A DNA stretch of 64,000 nt, taken from NCBI GenBank assembly GCA_963730185.1, contig CAVSQW010000004.1:32001-96000 (forward strand). The letters are read 5' to 3'. Numbering within the stretch: position 1 is the stretch's first letter; every line of letters starts with the position of its first letter. Below the pieces are notes generated by a model. It was not told where the DNA came from. It did no database searches and saw only the letters and a list, made by a program, of their open reading frames with translations. This document shows positions 20,758 through 29,617 of this stretch, one piece after another. Both the position numbers and the translations under genes were made by a program. The stretch is from an uncultured Gemmatimonadales bacterium (GTDB lineage: Bacteria; Gemmatimonadota; Gemmatimonadetes; Gemmatimonadales; GWC2-71-9).

Positions 20758-21495
20758 ATGAAGTCGCACCATCAGCTCACCTTCGTGCCGAACCGGCAGC
20801 GCGCCGGGGAGCTTCGCGCGTTCCGAGACCTGTTGGAGACCTACTTCGACCGCTCCCAGCGCGATCCGGACGACGTGCCCTTCGACTGGCCGGGGGCACA
20901 GGCGGCCCGGGCCCGGATCAACCAGATGCTGCCCCGGGTGCTGGAGGTGGTTCGGGCGGCGGGCATCGGTGGCCCGGTCGGGATCGGGACGGCGACCGAT
21001 CCGGGCGTAACTCTTGGCCGGGTCGACGTGCTCAACCGGATCTTCAGTGCCACGTACGCCGAGGGGGCCGATCAGGAGATCTTCGACCTGCTCGACATGG
21101 CAATCGGGGTCTACGATTCGGGCCGGTTCGGCGCCCTGCTGCGGACCGCCAACCCGTTCCACTACGTTGGGATGGCCCTGAGTGTGGTGGCTCGCGGCCC
21201 CCGCTGGCTGCTCTCGAGCCTGGGCTTCCGCCGCGGCCCCGCGGCCCCCCGGCTCCGGGCGGACGACCTGGCCCGCTTGGAGCTCGTGGCGGCCCGGCTG
21301 AGCGACGTCGAGGACCTGATCGAGACCCGCTTGGCTGCCTATCAGGACCGCCAGGCGCTCCGCCAGGTGGAGAGCAACCGGCAGCTGGCCGAGCTGGCGG
21401 AGCGGCTGGACTTCGCCGAACGGGTCCTGGCCCGGCGGGAGCCGGTGGAGCGTCTCGAGGCGCCGGAGCGGCCGGACGTGGCCACGCCCGTCTAG
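20758..21495 (+). CDS. Hypothetical protein with C-terminal coiled coil
   Basis: GGGAG RBS; coding-like GC3; ends with LAELAERLDFAERVL. Confidence 0.7.
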   Translation: MKSHHQLTFVPNRQRAGELRAFRDLLETYFDRSQRDPDDVPFDWPGAQAARARINQMLPRVLEVVRAAGIGGPVGIGTATDPGVTLGRVDVLNRIFSATYAEGADQEIFDLLDMAIGVYDSGRFGALLRTANPFHYVGMALSVVARGPRWLLSSLGFRRGPAAPRLRADDLARLELVAARLSDVEDLIETRLAAYQDRQALRQVESNRQLAELAERLDFAERVLARREPVERLEAPERPDVATPV

Positions 21496-21599
21496 GTGCT
21501 TCGTCTCGGCGGGCCGGTCATTCGGTGCAACTCCATGAACCGGCGGGCCACCTCGACCGGCGGGTCCCGGCCGATGACCTCCCGGGCACGCCGCGAACG

Positions 21600-22543
21600 T
21601 CAGCCCGCGAGGCGCCGCACGATGTCGGCGGCCGGCAGGACGCCGTCGATCGCACCGACGCTCCGGCCGGCGTAGAGCGCCATCGCCTCGACCTGTCCGG
21701 TCGTGCCGGGCAGGGGTAGGTCGTCGCCGTAGCGTCGCAGGGTCCGGCCGTCGGGCGCCGTGGCGATCGCCTCGCCTTCGCCGGGGCGGTGGGGCGCGGG
21801 CGGGCGCCCCGCCTCCTCCCAGCGTCGCACGGTGCTGTTCCGGATGACCCGGTGGGCGGCGTCGGGCCAGCCGCCGTCGAAGAGCGTCAGGTGGACGGTG
21901 TCGTCGGCGCGGGCATCCAGCAGCGCCTGCCTGTAGACGTCGTGCACCCGGGCTTCCACCGAGGCCAGGAACCGGGTGCCGACCCAGACGCCGGCCGCGC
22001 CGGCGCTCCGGGCTCGGGCCACGTCCTCCCGGGTGGCGATGCCCCCGGCCGCCAGGACCGGTCGATCGGGAACGGCGGCTACCACCGCCGGCAGCAGGGT
22101 GTCGAGCGGCTCGCGCCCGCGGACGTGCCCACCGGCCTCAATGCCCTGCGCCACGATCAGGTCGACCCCGAGCACGGCGTGGCGGCCGGCCTCGTCGGCG
22201 GACCCGACGGTCGAGATCGACCGATGCCCCGGCGGCGCGGATGGCCGGCAGACACGGGGCTGGATCTCCCCAGAAGAGCGAGATGACCGGCGTGCCCTCG
22301 TCGAGCGCCACCGTCGAGCCGCTCGTGCTGGGCCCAGGCGAGGACCAGGTTCACCCCGAAGGGCCGCTCGGTGAGGCGCCGAATCGATCGGATCGCGGTC
22401 CGAAGCTCGTCGGGCGTGAGCCACGATCCGGCCAGGACCCCAAGCCCGCCGGCGTTCGAGACCGCGGCGACGAGCTCAGGGCTGCAGGCGCTCCCGACGG
22501 GTGCCTGCACCACGCGGGTCGGGGGAAGCGCCGCCGAGCTCAT
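21600..22543 (-). CDS. Nitronate monooxygenase / enoyl-ACP reductase II-like flavoenzyme, frameshifted (~22200-22320)
   Basis: QAP..ELVAAVSNAGGLG, PFGVNL, QGIEAGGH, AAGGI and GTRFLAS motifs; ATGA overlap with tetR. Confidence 0.87.
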
Positions 22544-23226
22544 CGCATCGACCGGGCTGGGGCGGCCGGCGCCGCCGACCTCGCCCCAGGGTCGGCCAGC
22601 AGACCGCGAAAGACCAAGTCGAACCAGGCGTCGACCTGGCGGTCGAGCGGAACCCGGTCGCGCTTGAGCAGCTTGCCCACCGTATGGTATTCGTGGATCA
22701 CGCCCATCAGACTGGGGACGATCAGCTGACTCACCGTGTCGGGGTCGACGGGGCGGAATTCGCCCGAGCTGATCCCGGCTTCGATCACCCCGCGGAGCAG
22801 CCGGCCGAACCGCCCGCCAACCTCGTCGACCATGATCCGGGCGGCCCCCGGCAGCGCGGCGGCTTCGCTCCGGATGACCGCCCCGAGGCAGGCGCTCGGG
22901 CGATCGGCCGAGAGCCGGGCGAGCGACCGAAGCACGGCCTCCAGGGTGGCGCCGGCCGATTCGCCGCCCTCCACCATCAGGGCCTCGATCTCGGCGAGCG
23001 CCTCGACCTTGCTCCGGACCAGCTCCTCGAACAGGGCCTCCTTGGATCCGAAGTAGCGGTGCACGGTGCCGGCCGATACCCCGGCGCGCTTGGCCACGTC
23101 GGTGAGCGCGGCCCGGACGAACCCCATCTCCCCGAACACCAGCGTGGCCGCGTCGAGAATCTCGCCCCGGCGCGCTTCCGGCCGGCGGCTCCATCGCGGC
23201 GCGTTCCTGGGGTGCTCGTCGGCCAT
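22540..23226 (-). CDS. TetR/AcrR family transcriptional regulator
   Basis: EILDAA..VF...DVAKRAGVSAGTVHRYFGSKEALF HTH motif. Confidence 0.92.
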   Translation of the reverse strand: MADEHPRNAPRWSRRPEARRGEILDAATLVFGEMGFVRAALTDVAKRAGVSAGTVHRYFGSKEALFEELVRSKVEALAEIEALMVEGGESAGATLEAVLRSLARLSADRPSACLGAVIRSEAAALPGAARIMVDEVGGRFGRLLRGVIEAGISSGEFRPVDPDTVSQLIVPSLMGVIHEYHTVGKLLKRDRVPLDRQVDAWFDLVFRGLLADPGARSAAPAAPARSMR

Positions 23227-23238
23227 GTCGGAGCCTCC

Positions 23239-24711
23239 TTACGGGGTGGTGGCGTCGCTCGTCCCGGTCCACCGCCCCCCGATGGCCTTGTAGAGCTGGA
23301 CCGTCGCGGCGAGGTACTGCCGGCGGGCGGAGGTGAGCGCGAGCTCCGCGACGAAGAGGCTCCGTTGAGCGTCCAGCACCTCGAGGTAACTCGCGATCCC
23401 TCCCTCGTAGCGGCGTTGGGCCAGCCCGAGGGCGTCGCGGAGCGCGATGGCCTGGGTGGAAAGGGCGGCCACCTGATCGCGGTTGGTGCGGACACCAACC
23501 AGCGCGTCGGCGGTCTCGCCCATCGCGGTGAGCACGGTCTTCTCGTAGCGGGCTCGGGCCTGTTCCGCCCGGGCCCGGGCCGCATCGACGTTGGCCTTGC
23601 CGCGCCCGCCGTCGAAGAGCGGGACCGAGATGCCCAACTGGACGCCGTAGATCTCCGAGTTCTTGGTGAAGAGGTCCTTGGAGTTCGGGGTCTGGCTGCC
23701 GTACTGGCCGGTCAGCACGATCCGAGGGAGCCGGGTGCCCACCGCGAGGCCGATCCGATTGGTGGCGGCAGCCAGCTCCCGGTCGGCCCGCCGGACGTCG
23801 GGTCGCCGGAGCAGCACGTCGGCGGTCACCGAGTCGGGTACGACGACGGCCGCGACGGCGGCGTCGAGGCTGGAGCCGGTCGGAATCGGTCCCGGCGCCC
23901 GCCCGACCAGGATCGAGAGCTGGTGCTCCTTCCGGGACAGATCGCGGGTGAACTCCGCCACCCGAGCGGCCGGCGCGGCCAGGTCGGCCTCGAACTGGCG
24001 GACATCGAGCTCGGAGATGAGGCCCTGGGCGTAGCGTCGCCGGGCCAGCTCGAGCGTGGTTCGACGGGTGGTCAGCGTCCGCCGGGAAACGGCCAGGTTC
24101 TCGCGGAGCTCCAGCAGCTCGAGGTAGGCGGTCGAGACGTCCGCCACCAGGGTCAGGGCCACGGCGCGCTGGTCCTCCACCCGGGCGTCCCGGTCCGCCC
24201 GGGCGGCGCCCAGCCCGCGCCGGAGCCGGCCCCAGAAGTCGAGCTCCCACTGGAGGTCGCTCGTAACCCGGATGGCGTCGTACTTGAGGGCCCCGAACGA
24301 GCCGAACACGGCCTGCTGGGTCGAGGCCGAGCCGTTCAGGTCGATCTCGGGGAGGAGCGGGCTCCGGGAGGTGGTGACCAGGGCCCGGTACTCCCGGACC
24401 CGCGCGATGGCCTCCTGGAGGTCGCGGTTGTCGTGGAGCGCGGTCTGGACCAGGTCGACGAGGACGGTGTCGTGGATCACGTCGAGCCAGGTGGCGGCAT
24501 CGACCGCCTGGGCATCGAAGACCGGGAGCGCGCCGGCGGGCTCCGCGGCGGCCGCCCGGGTGGCCAGCGAGTCGAAGAGCGATGCCTCGGGCGCCCTCGG
24601 TGGGGCCACCGCGATGACCGTCGGCGCCACGGTCGGCGGCGAGTAGCCCGGCCCCACCGCGCAGCCGGCGGCGAGGCCGAGGGCCACCAGCGGGGAGAGT
24701 CGTCGGGTCAT
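23239..24711 (-). CDS. RND efflux outer-membrane lipoprotein (NodT/OprM family)
   Basis: Lipobox AAGC-AVGP; WELDFWGR, RRPDVR.A, YLEVLDAQR and LYKAIGG motifs. Confidence 0.93.
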   Translation of the reverse strand: MTRRLSPLVALGLAAGCAVGPGYSPPTVAPTVIAVAPPRAPEASLFDSLATRAAAAEPAGALPVFDAQAVDAATWLDVIHDTVLVDLVQTALHDNRDLQEAIARVREYRALVTTSRSPLLPEIDLNGSASTQQAVFGSFGALKYDAIRVTSDLQWELDFWGRLRRGLGAARADRDARVEDQRAVALTLVADVSTAYLELLELRENLAVSRRTLTTRRTTLELARRRYAQGLISELDVRQFEADLAAPAARVAEFTRDLSRKEHQLSILVGRAPGPIPTGSSLDAAVAAVVVPDSVTADVLLRRPDVRRADRELAAATNRIGLAVGTRLPRIVLTGQYGSQTPNSKDLFTKNSEIYGVQLGISVPLFDGGRGKANVDAARARAEQARARYEKTVLTAMGETADALVGVRTNRDQVAALSTQAIALRDALGLAQRRYEGGIASYLEVLDAQRSLFVAELALTSARRQYLAATVQLYKAIGGRWTGTSDATTP

Positions 24712-27700
24712 GAGGTCACCTCCGCCTGGCGGCGCCCTTCCGACACCCGGCGGATGGTCGCGAAGAAGAGGGGGATGAAGAAGATCCCGACCAACGTCGC
24801 GAACAGCATCCCGAAGAACACCGCCGTGCCGAGCGAGTGGCGGGAAAGGGCCCCGGCCCCGCCGGCCACCACGAGCGGCAGCACCCCCAGGATGAAGGCG
24901 AACGAGGTCATCAGGATCGGCCGGAACCGCTCCCGGGCGGCCTCCATCGCCGCCTCGCGGATCGAGGCGCCCCGGGAGCGGAGCACGTTGGCGAACTCCA
25001 CGATCAGGATCGCGTTCTTGGCCGCGAGGCCGATCACCGTGATCATCCCGACCTGGAAGTACACGTCGTTCGGCATGCCCCGGGTCCAGATCGCGAGGAA
25101 GGCGCCCAGGGCCCCGAACGGCACCCCGAGCAACACGGCGAAGGGTATGCTCCAGCTCTCGTACTGGGCCGCGAGCACCAGGAACACCAGGACGATGCCC
25201 AAGCCGAAGATCAGACCGCCCTGCCCGCTGGAGGTCTTCTCGGCGAAGGACTGACCGCTGTAGCCGTAGCCGACTCCCCGAGCGGCGAAGTCGTCCTTGA
25301 CCAGCCGCTCCACCGCGCTCAGCATCTCGCCCGAGCTGTGGCCCGGCGCCACCGAGGCGGTGATCAGGGCGGCCGGGAAGCCGTTGAAGCGGCGGACCAG
25401 GCTCGGGCCGGTCCGGAACTCGGCCCGGGCCAGGGCGGAGATCGGGATCATTTCGCCCGACGTGCTCCGGACGAAGATCCGGTTCAGGTCGTCGGGCGCA
25501 TGCCGGAACTCCGGCTGGGCCTCCGCCTGCACCCGGTAGGTGCGGCCGTAGAGGTTGAAATCGTTGATGTAGAGCGACGAGAGCATCGTCTGCAGGGTCT
25601 CGTAGAACGAGCCCAGCTCGACATGGCGGGTCTTGATCGCGTCACGATCGATGTCGAGGTAGAGGAGCGGGGCATCGACCCGGAAGGTGGTCGCGGCGCC
25701 GCGAATCGCGGGCTCCCGGTTGAGCGCCTGAATGAAGTCGTTGACCGTGCCCTCGAAGGTCCGGAGATCCTGGCCCAACCGGGCCTGGAGGTTCACCTCC
25801 AGCCCGGAGGTGAAGCCCAAACCGGTGATCTCGGGGCTGTTGAAGGCGAAGGTGATCGCGTCAGGCAGGCCGAAGAACCGGCCGTTGATCCGCTGGAGGA
25901 TCGCGTCCACGCTCTCGTCCTTGCCGCGCTCGTCCCAGGGCTTGAGCGCCACGAACATGGTGACGCTGTTGGGCTGGTTGGAGAACGACAGCAGGTCGAG
26001 CCCGACCAGGGCGGTGACCCGTTGGACCGCCGACTCGTGGAGCAGGATCTGCTCGACCTGGCTGGTGAACTCGCGGGTCCGCTGGAGCGACGCCCCGGCC
26101 GGGAGCTGGGCCGCCACGATGAAAGTGCCCTTGTCCTCGGTCGGGAGGAACGCCGACGGCACCCGGCGCTCGAGGACGACGATCAGGGCCAGAATCACCC
26201 CGAACACGGCCAGCCAGGGCCGGGGCCGACCCAGCACCAGGCCCACCCGGTGCACGTAGCCCCGGGTCATCCGGGCGAACGTGGTGTTGAACCAGGTGAA
26301 GAACCGGCCGTGCCGGGCCTTCTCGGGCGGCTCGGTGAGGAGGAGGGCGCAGAGCGCGGGCGTCAGGGTCAGGGCCACGATGCCCGACAGCACCACCGCG
26401 ATCACGATGGTGATGGCGAACTGCTTGAACATCGTCCCGGTGATGCCGCCCAGGAAGCCGACCGGGATGAAGACCGCGCAGAGCACCAGCACGATCGCCA
26501 CCAGGGCGCCCGCCACCTGTCCCATGGCCTTGTCGGCCGCCTGCCGGGCGGGGATGCCCTCCTCGGCCATGATCCGCTCGACGTTTTCGATCACCACGAT
26601 CGCGTCGTCGACCACGATCCCGATGGCCAGCACCAGGCCGAAGAGGGTCAGGACGTTGATGGAGAAGCCGAAGGCCAGCAGACCCAGGAAGGTCCCGATC
26701 ACGGACACCGGTACCGCCAGGATCGGGATCAGGGTGGCGCGCCAGCTCTGGAGGAAGAGGAACACCACCAGGGTCACCAGCAGCATCGCCTCGCCCAGGG
26801 TTTTCACGACCTCCTCGATCGAGGCAGTGATGAACGGGCTGGTGTCGAAGGAGACGGCCCACTTCACCCCGGCCGGGAAGGCGCGCTCGAGCTCGTTCAT
26901 CCGATCGACCAGCGCCTGCTTGACCGACAGGGCGTTCGCCCCCGGCTGGAGGAAGAGGATGAAGAGGGCGGTGGGCTTGCCGTTGAGCCGCCCCTCGAGG
27001 TCGCTGCTCCGCGGGCCCAGCTCCACCTTGGCCACGTCCCGGACCCGGACCAGCGAGCCGTCGGACCGGGCCCGGACGATCACCTCCCCGAACTCCTCCG
27101 GCGTCCGGAGCCGGCCCCGGGCGGTCACCGGGATGGTGAGCTCCGTTCCGGGCGGCGCCGGCTCCCGGCCCAGGCGGCCGGCCGGGGCGGTGGCGTTCTG
27201 TTCCCGCACCGCGGTGGCGACGTCGCTCACCGTCACCCCGAGCTGCGCCATCCGATCGGGATCGAGGCGGATCTGCATGGCGAACTCGGTCCCGCCGAAG
27301 ATCTGCGCGTCGCCGACCCCGGGGAGCCGCTTGATCTCGTTCTCGATGTAGAGCTTGGCGTAATTCGTCAGGAACGAGGCGCCGTAGCGGGGATCGTCCG
27401 AGGTCAGCGTCCCGACCAGCAGGATGTCGCTGTTGGCCTTGGTGACGATGATGCCGTTCCGCCGGACCTCCTCGGGGAGCTGCGGCTCGGCCAGCTTGAT
27501 GGCGTTCTGCACCTCGACCGCCGCGAGGTCCTGATTGCGGGACACGTCGAAGAACGCCTGGAGGGTCAGGGTCCCGTCGCTGCCGTTGGACGAGTTGAAG
27601 TAGAGCAGGCCGGACAGGCCGGACAGCTGCTGCTCGATCGGCGCCGCCACCGCCTGGGCGACGTCTTCCGCGGTGGCGCCGGGATACACCGCGTTGACCC

Positions 27701-27878
27701 GGATCGAGGGCGGGGTGATCGAGGGATACCGGTTGACCGGCAGGTACCGGATCGAGAACACGCCGAGCAGGGTGATGACGATCGAGATCACCGCCGCGAC
27801 GACCGGGCGGCGGATGAAGAAGTAGCGAGGCTCCCCCGGCGGAACCGGGCCCGAGGAGAAGGGCGACTCGCCGCTCAC
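24708..27878 (-). CDS. HAE1 family RND efflux permease (AcrB/MexB-like)
   Basis: FFIRRPV, GIVVDDAIVVIEN, AKNAILIVEF and RFRPILMTS motifs; 1056 aa. Confidence 0.96.
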   Translation of the reverse strand: MSGESPFSSGPVPPGEPRYFFIRRPVVAAVISIVITLLGVFSIRYLPVNRYPSITPPSIRVNAVYPGATAEDVAQAVAAPIEQQLSGLSGLLYFNSSNGSDGTLTLQAFFDVSRNQDLAAVEVQNAIKLAEPQLPEEVRRNGIIVTKANSDILLVGTLTSDDPRYGASFLTNYAKLYIENEIKRLPGVGDAQIFGGTEFAMQIRLDPDRMAQLGVTVSDVATAVREQNATAPAGRLGREPAPPGTELTIPVTARGRLRTPEEFGEVIVRARSDGSLVRVRDVAKVELGPRSSDLEGRLNGKPTALFILFLQPGANALSVKQALVDRMNELERAFPAGVKWAVSFDTSPFITASIEEVVKTLGEAMLLVTLVVFLFLQSWRATLIPILAVPVSVIGTFLGLLAFGFSINVLTLFGLVLAIGIVVDDAIVVIENVERIMAEEGIPARQAADKAMGQVAGALVAIVLVLCAVFIPVGFLGGITGTMFKQFAITIVIAVVLSGIVALTLTPALCALLLTEPPEKARHGRFFTWFNTTFARMTRGYVHRVGLVLGRPRPWLAVFGVILALIVVLERRVPSAFLPTEDKGTFIVAAQLPAGASLQRTREFTSQVEQILLHESAVQRVTALVGLDLLSFSNQPNSVTMFVALKPWDERGKDESVDAILQRINGRFFGLPDAITFAFNSPEITGLGFTSGLEVNLQARLGQDLRTFEGTVNDFIQALNREPAIRGAATTFRVDAPLLYLDIDRDAIKTRHVELGSFYETLQTMLSSLYINDFNLYGRTYRVQAEAQPEFRHAPDDLNRIFVRSTSGEMIPISALARAEFRTGPSLVRRFNGFPAALITASVAPGHSSGEMLSAVERLVKDDFAARGVGYGYSGQSFAEKTSSGQGGLIFGLGIVLVFLVLAAQYESWSIPFAVLLGVPFGALGAFLAIWTRGMPNDVYFQVGMITVIGLAAKNAILIVEFANVLRSRGASIREAAMEAARERFRPILMTSFAFILGVLPLVVAGGAGALSRHSLGTAVFFGMLFATLVGIFFIPLFFATIRRVSEGRRQAEVTS

Positions 27879-29071
27879 GACGCCCCTCCGGCCGCCGTGC
27901 TGTCCGCGCCGGGCTCGGCCTTGGCCGGCGTCGGCTTCGCCACGCCGCCGGGACGGACCTTCTGGAGGCCGTCGACGACCACCCGGTCACCGGGAGCGAG
28001 CCCCTCCTCGATCAGCCACTCGTCGCCGACCCAGGCGGTCGCCTTGACGTCGCGCGCCACCACCGTATCGCCGGCGCCGAGCAGATAGACCGACTGTCGC
28101 CCCAGCTGCTGTTGGACGGCGCGCTGCGGCACCAGGATGGCGCTGTCCCGGACCAATCCCTCGAGCCGGACTCGAACGAACTGGCCCGGAAGCAGCAGAC
28201 GCTTCGGGTTCGGGACCCGCGCCCGGAACTCCTGGGTGCCGCTGGCCGGGTCGATCACCGGCTCCACGTAGTCGAGCTTGCCCTCGGTCGGGGTCAGCGT
28301 CCCATCCGGCAAGATGATCCGGATCCGCGCGGACCCGCCGGGCCGGAGGGCCGCCACCGCCTGGGGATCGCGACGCCAGTGAAGGGTCTGCTGATTCGAG
28401 GGCCGGAAGGTGACCCGGACCGGGTCCAGCGCGTCGATCGTGGTCAGCAGGTCCGCCGGTCCGGTAACCCGGGCCCCCCGCACCAGGTTGGCCTTGCCGA
28501 CCCGCCCCGCGATCTCGGCCCGGACGGTCGCGTCCTTCAGGTCCTTGGCGGCGCGGTCCACCGAGGCCTGCGCATCCTCGACCGACGCCCGCGCTTGGGC
28601 CTCGGCGGTCTCGGCATCGTCCACGTCGCGCTGGGCCACGGCGTGGTCGGCCAGCAGGGGGCGGAGCCGCTCCATCGTGCGGGTGGCGTTCCGGAGGCGG
28701 GCCTCCGCTTCGGTCTGACGAGCCTTGGCACCGCGAAGCGTGGCGTCGTAGCTGGTGGGGTCGATCCGGAAGAGCACGTCGCCGACCGCGACCTCGGCCC
28801 CTTCGCGAATCGGCTGGGCCACGATCACCCCCGCCACCGGGGAGCGGACCTCCACCCGGCGCATGGCCTCGACCTGGCCGGCGAACTCGGCGACCTCGTT
28901 CACCCGCCGGGGCTGGACCGCCACCACCCCCACCGTCGGCGGCGGTAGCGGGGGCGGTTGGGGAGCGTTGCAGGCCAAGGCGACCATCACCGTGCCCGCC
29001 GCCGCGATTCGGCGGAACGACGTCAGCCAACCGCGCGAATCCGCCCTTGCCCCCGATGTCGCCACAGCCAC
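27875..29071 (-). CDS. RND efflux periplasmic adaptor (AcrA-like)
   Basis: Lipobox ALAC; EVRSPVAG, LFRIDP, LLPGQFVRV and GDRVVVDG motifs. Confidence 0.93.
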   Translation of the reverse strand: MAVATSGARADSRGWLTSFRRIAAAGTVMVALACNAPQPPPLPPPTVGVVAVQPRRVNEVAEFAGQVEAMRRVEVRSPVAGVIVAQPIREGAEVAVGDVLFRIDPTSYDATLRGAKARQTEAEARLRNATRTMERLRPLLADHAVAQRDVDDAETAEAQARASVEDAQASVDRAAKDLKDATVRAEIAGRVGKANLVRGARVTGPADLLTTIDALDPVRVTFRPSNQQTLHWRRDPQAVAALRPGGSARIRIILPDGTLTPTEGKLDYVEPVIDPASGTQEFRARVPNPKRLLLPGQFVRVRLEGLVRDSAILVPQRAVQQQLGRQSVYLLGAGDTVVARDVKATAWVGDEWLIEEGLAPGDRVVVDGLQKVRPGGVAKPTPAKAEPGADSTAAGGAS

Positions 29072-29110
29072 CTCGCCCGCTGGTATGAAGGACCTGTTAT
29101 TGAGGGGCGC

Positions 29111-29139
29111 AAATAATTGGCTGGCCGTTCAATTGTCAA
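29111..29139 (-). promoter_or_regulatory. Promoter of the RND operon (TTGACA -35) with TetR-like operator AATTG-N10-CAATT
   Basis: TTGACA on the - strand at 29139-34; inverted repeat at 29115-29134 in the spacer; AT-rich -10 region. Confidence 0.6.
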
Positions 29140-29188
29140 GCAGGTACCAGTGCCCGGGGGCGGCGGCCGGCTCGGGGGTGCCGACCGG

Positions 29189-29599
29189 TCAGAAGCGGCC
29201 GCCGATCACGGGCAGCTCGCGCCGCCGGATCACGATCACGATCAGCGCCGACACCAGCACCGTCACCGCCATGCCGAAGAGGAGCCCGCCGTCGCCCTGG
29301 ACGTCGATTCCGAGCCGGGTCAGGTGGGCCCCGATGGCACCCACCATCAGGCCCAGGGCCAGGACCGCGCCCACGGCCGGGGTCTTGGGGTAGACCAGCA
29401 GCAGGGCCGTGATCAGCTCGAGGATTCCGGTGCCGATCCGTCCCCAGGGCTCGACGCCCAAGGTGGAGAAGATGTACTTGGCTTCGGGGGCGCCGGTGAA
29501 CTTGAAGAAGAGAGTCTGGGCCAGAATCACCGCGGCGAGGAGCTGGAAGATCCAGCTCGCCACCAGGGCGGGTTTGCTCGGCGCGACGGGTGCGGACAC
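29189..29599 (-). CDS. DoxX-like membrane protein
   Basis: QTLFFKF, EPWGRIGTG..EL and GAI..HLT.LGI motifs; strong AAGGAGGT RBS before GTG. Confidence 0.85.
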   Translation of the reverse strand: MSAPVAPSKPALVASWIFQLLAAVILAQTLFFKFTGAPEAKYIFSTLGVEPWGRIGTGILELITALLLVYPKTPAVGAVLALGLMVGAIGAHLTRLGIDVQGDGGLLFGMAVTVLVSALIVIVIRRRELPVIGGRF

Positions 29600-29617
29600 G
29601 GGACCTCCTTGCTGGGG

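Noticed and set aside
21505..21570. Three CGGCGGG copies between convergent genes
   Set aside because: Short GC-only words are expected by chance at this composition; spacing is irregular.
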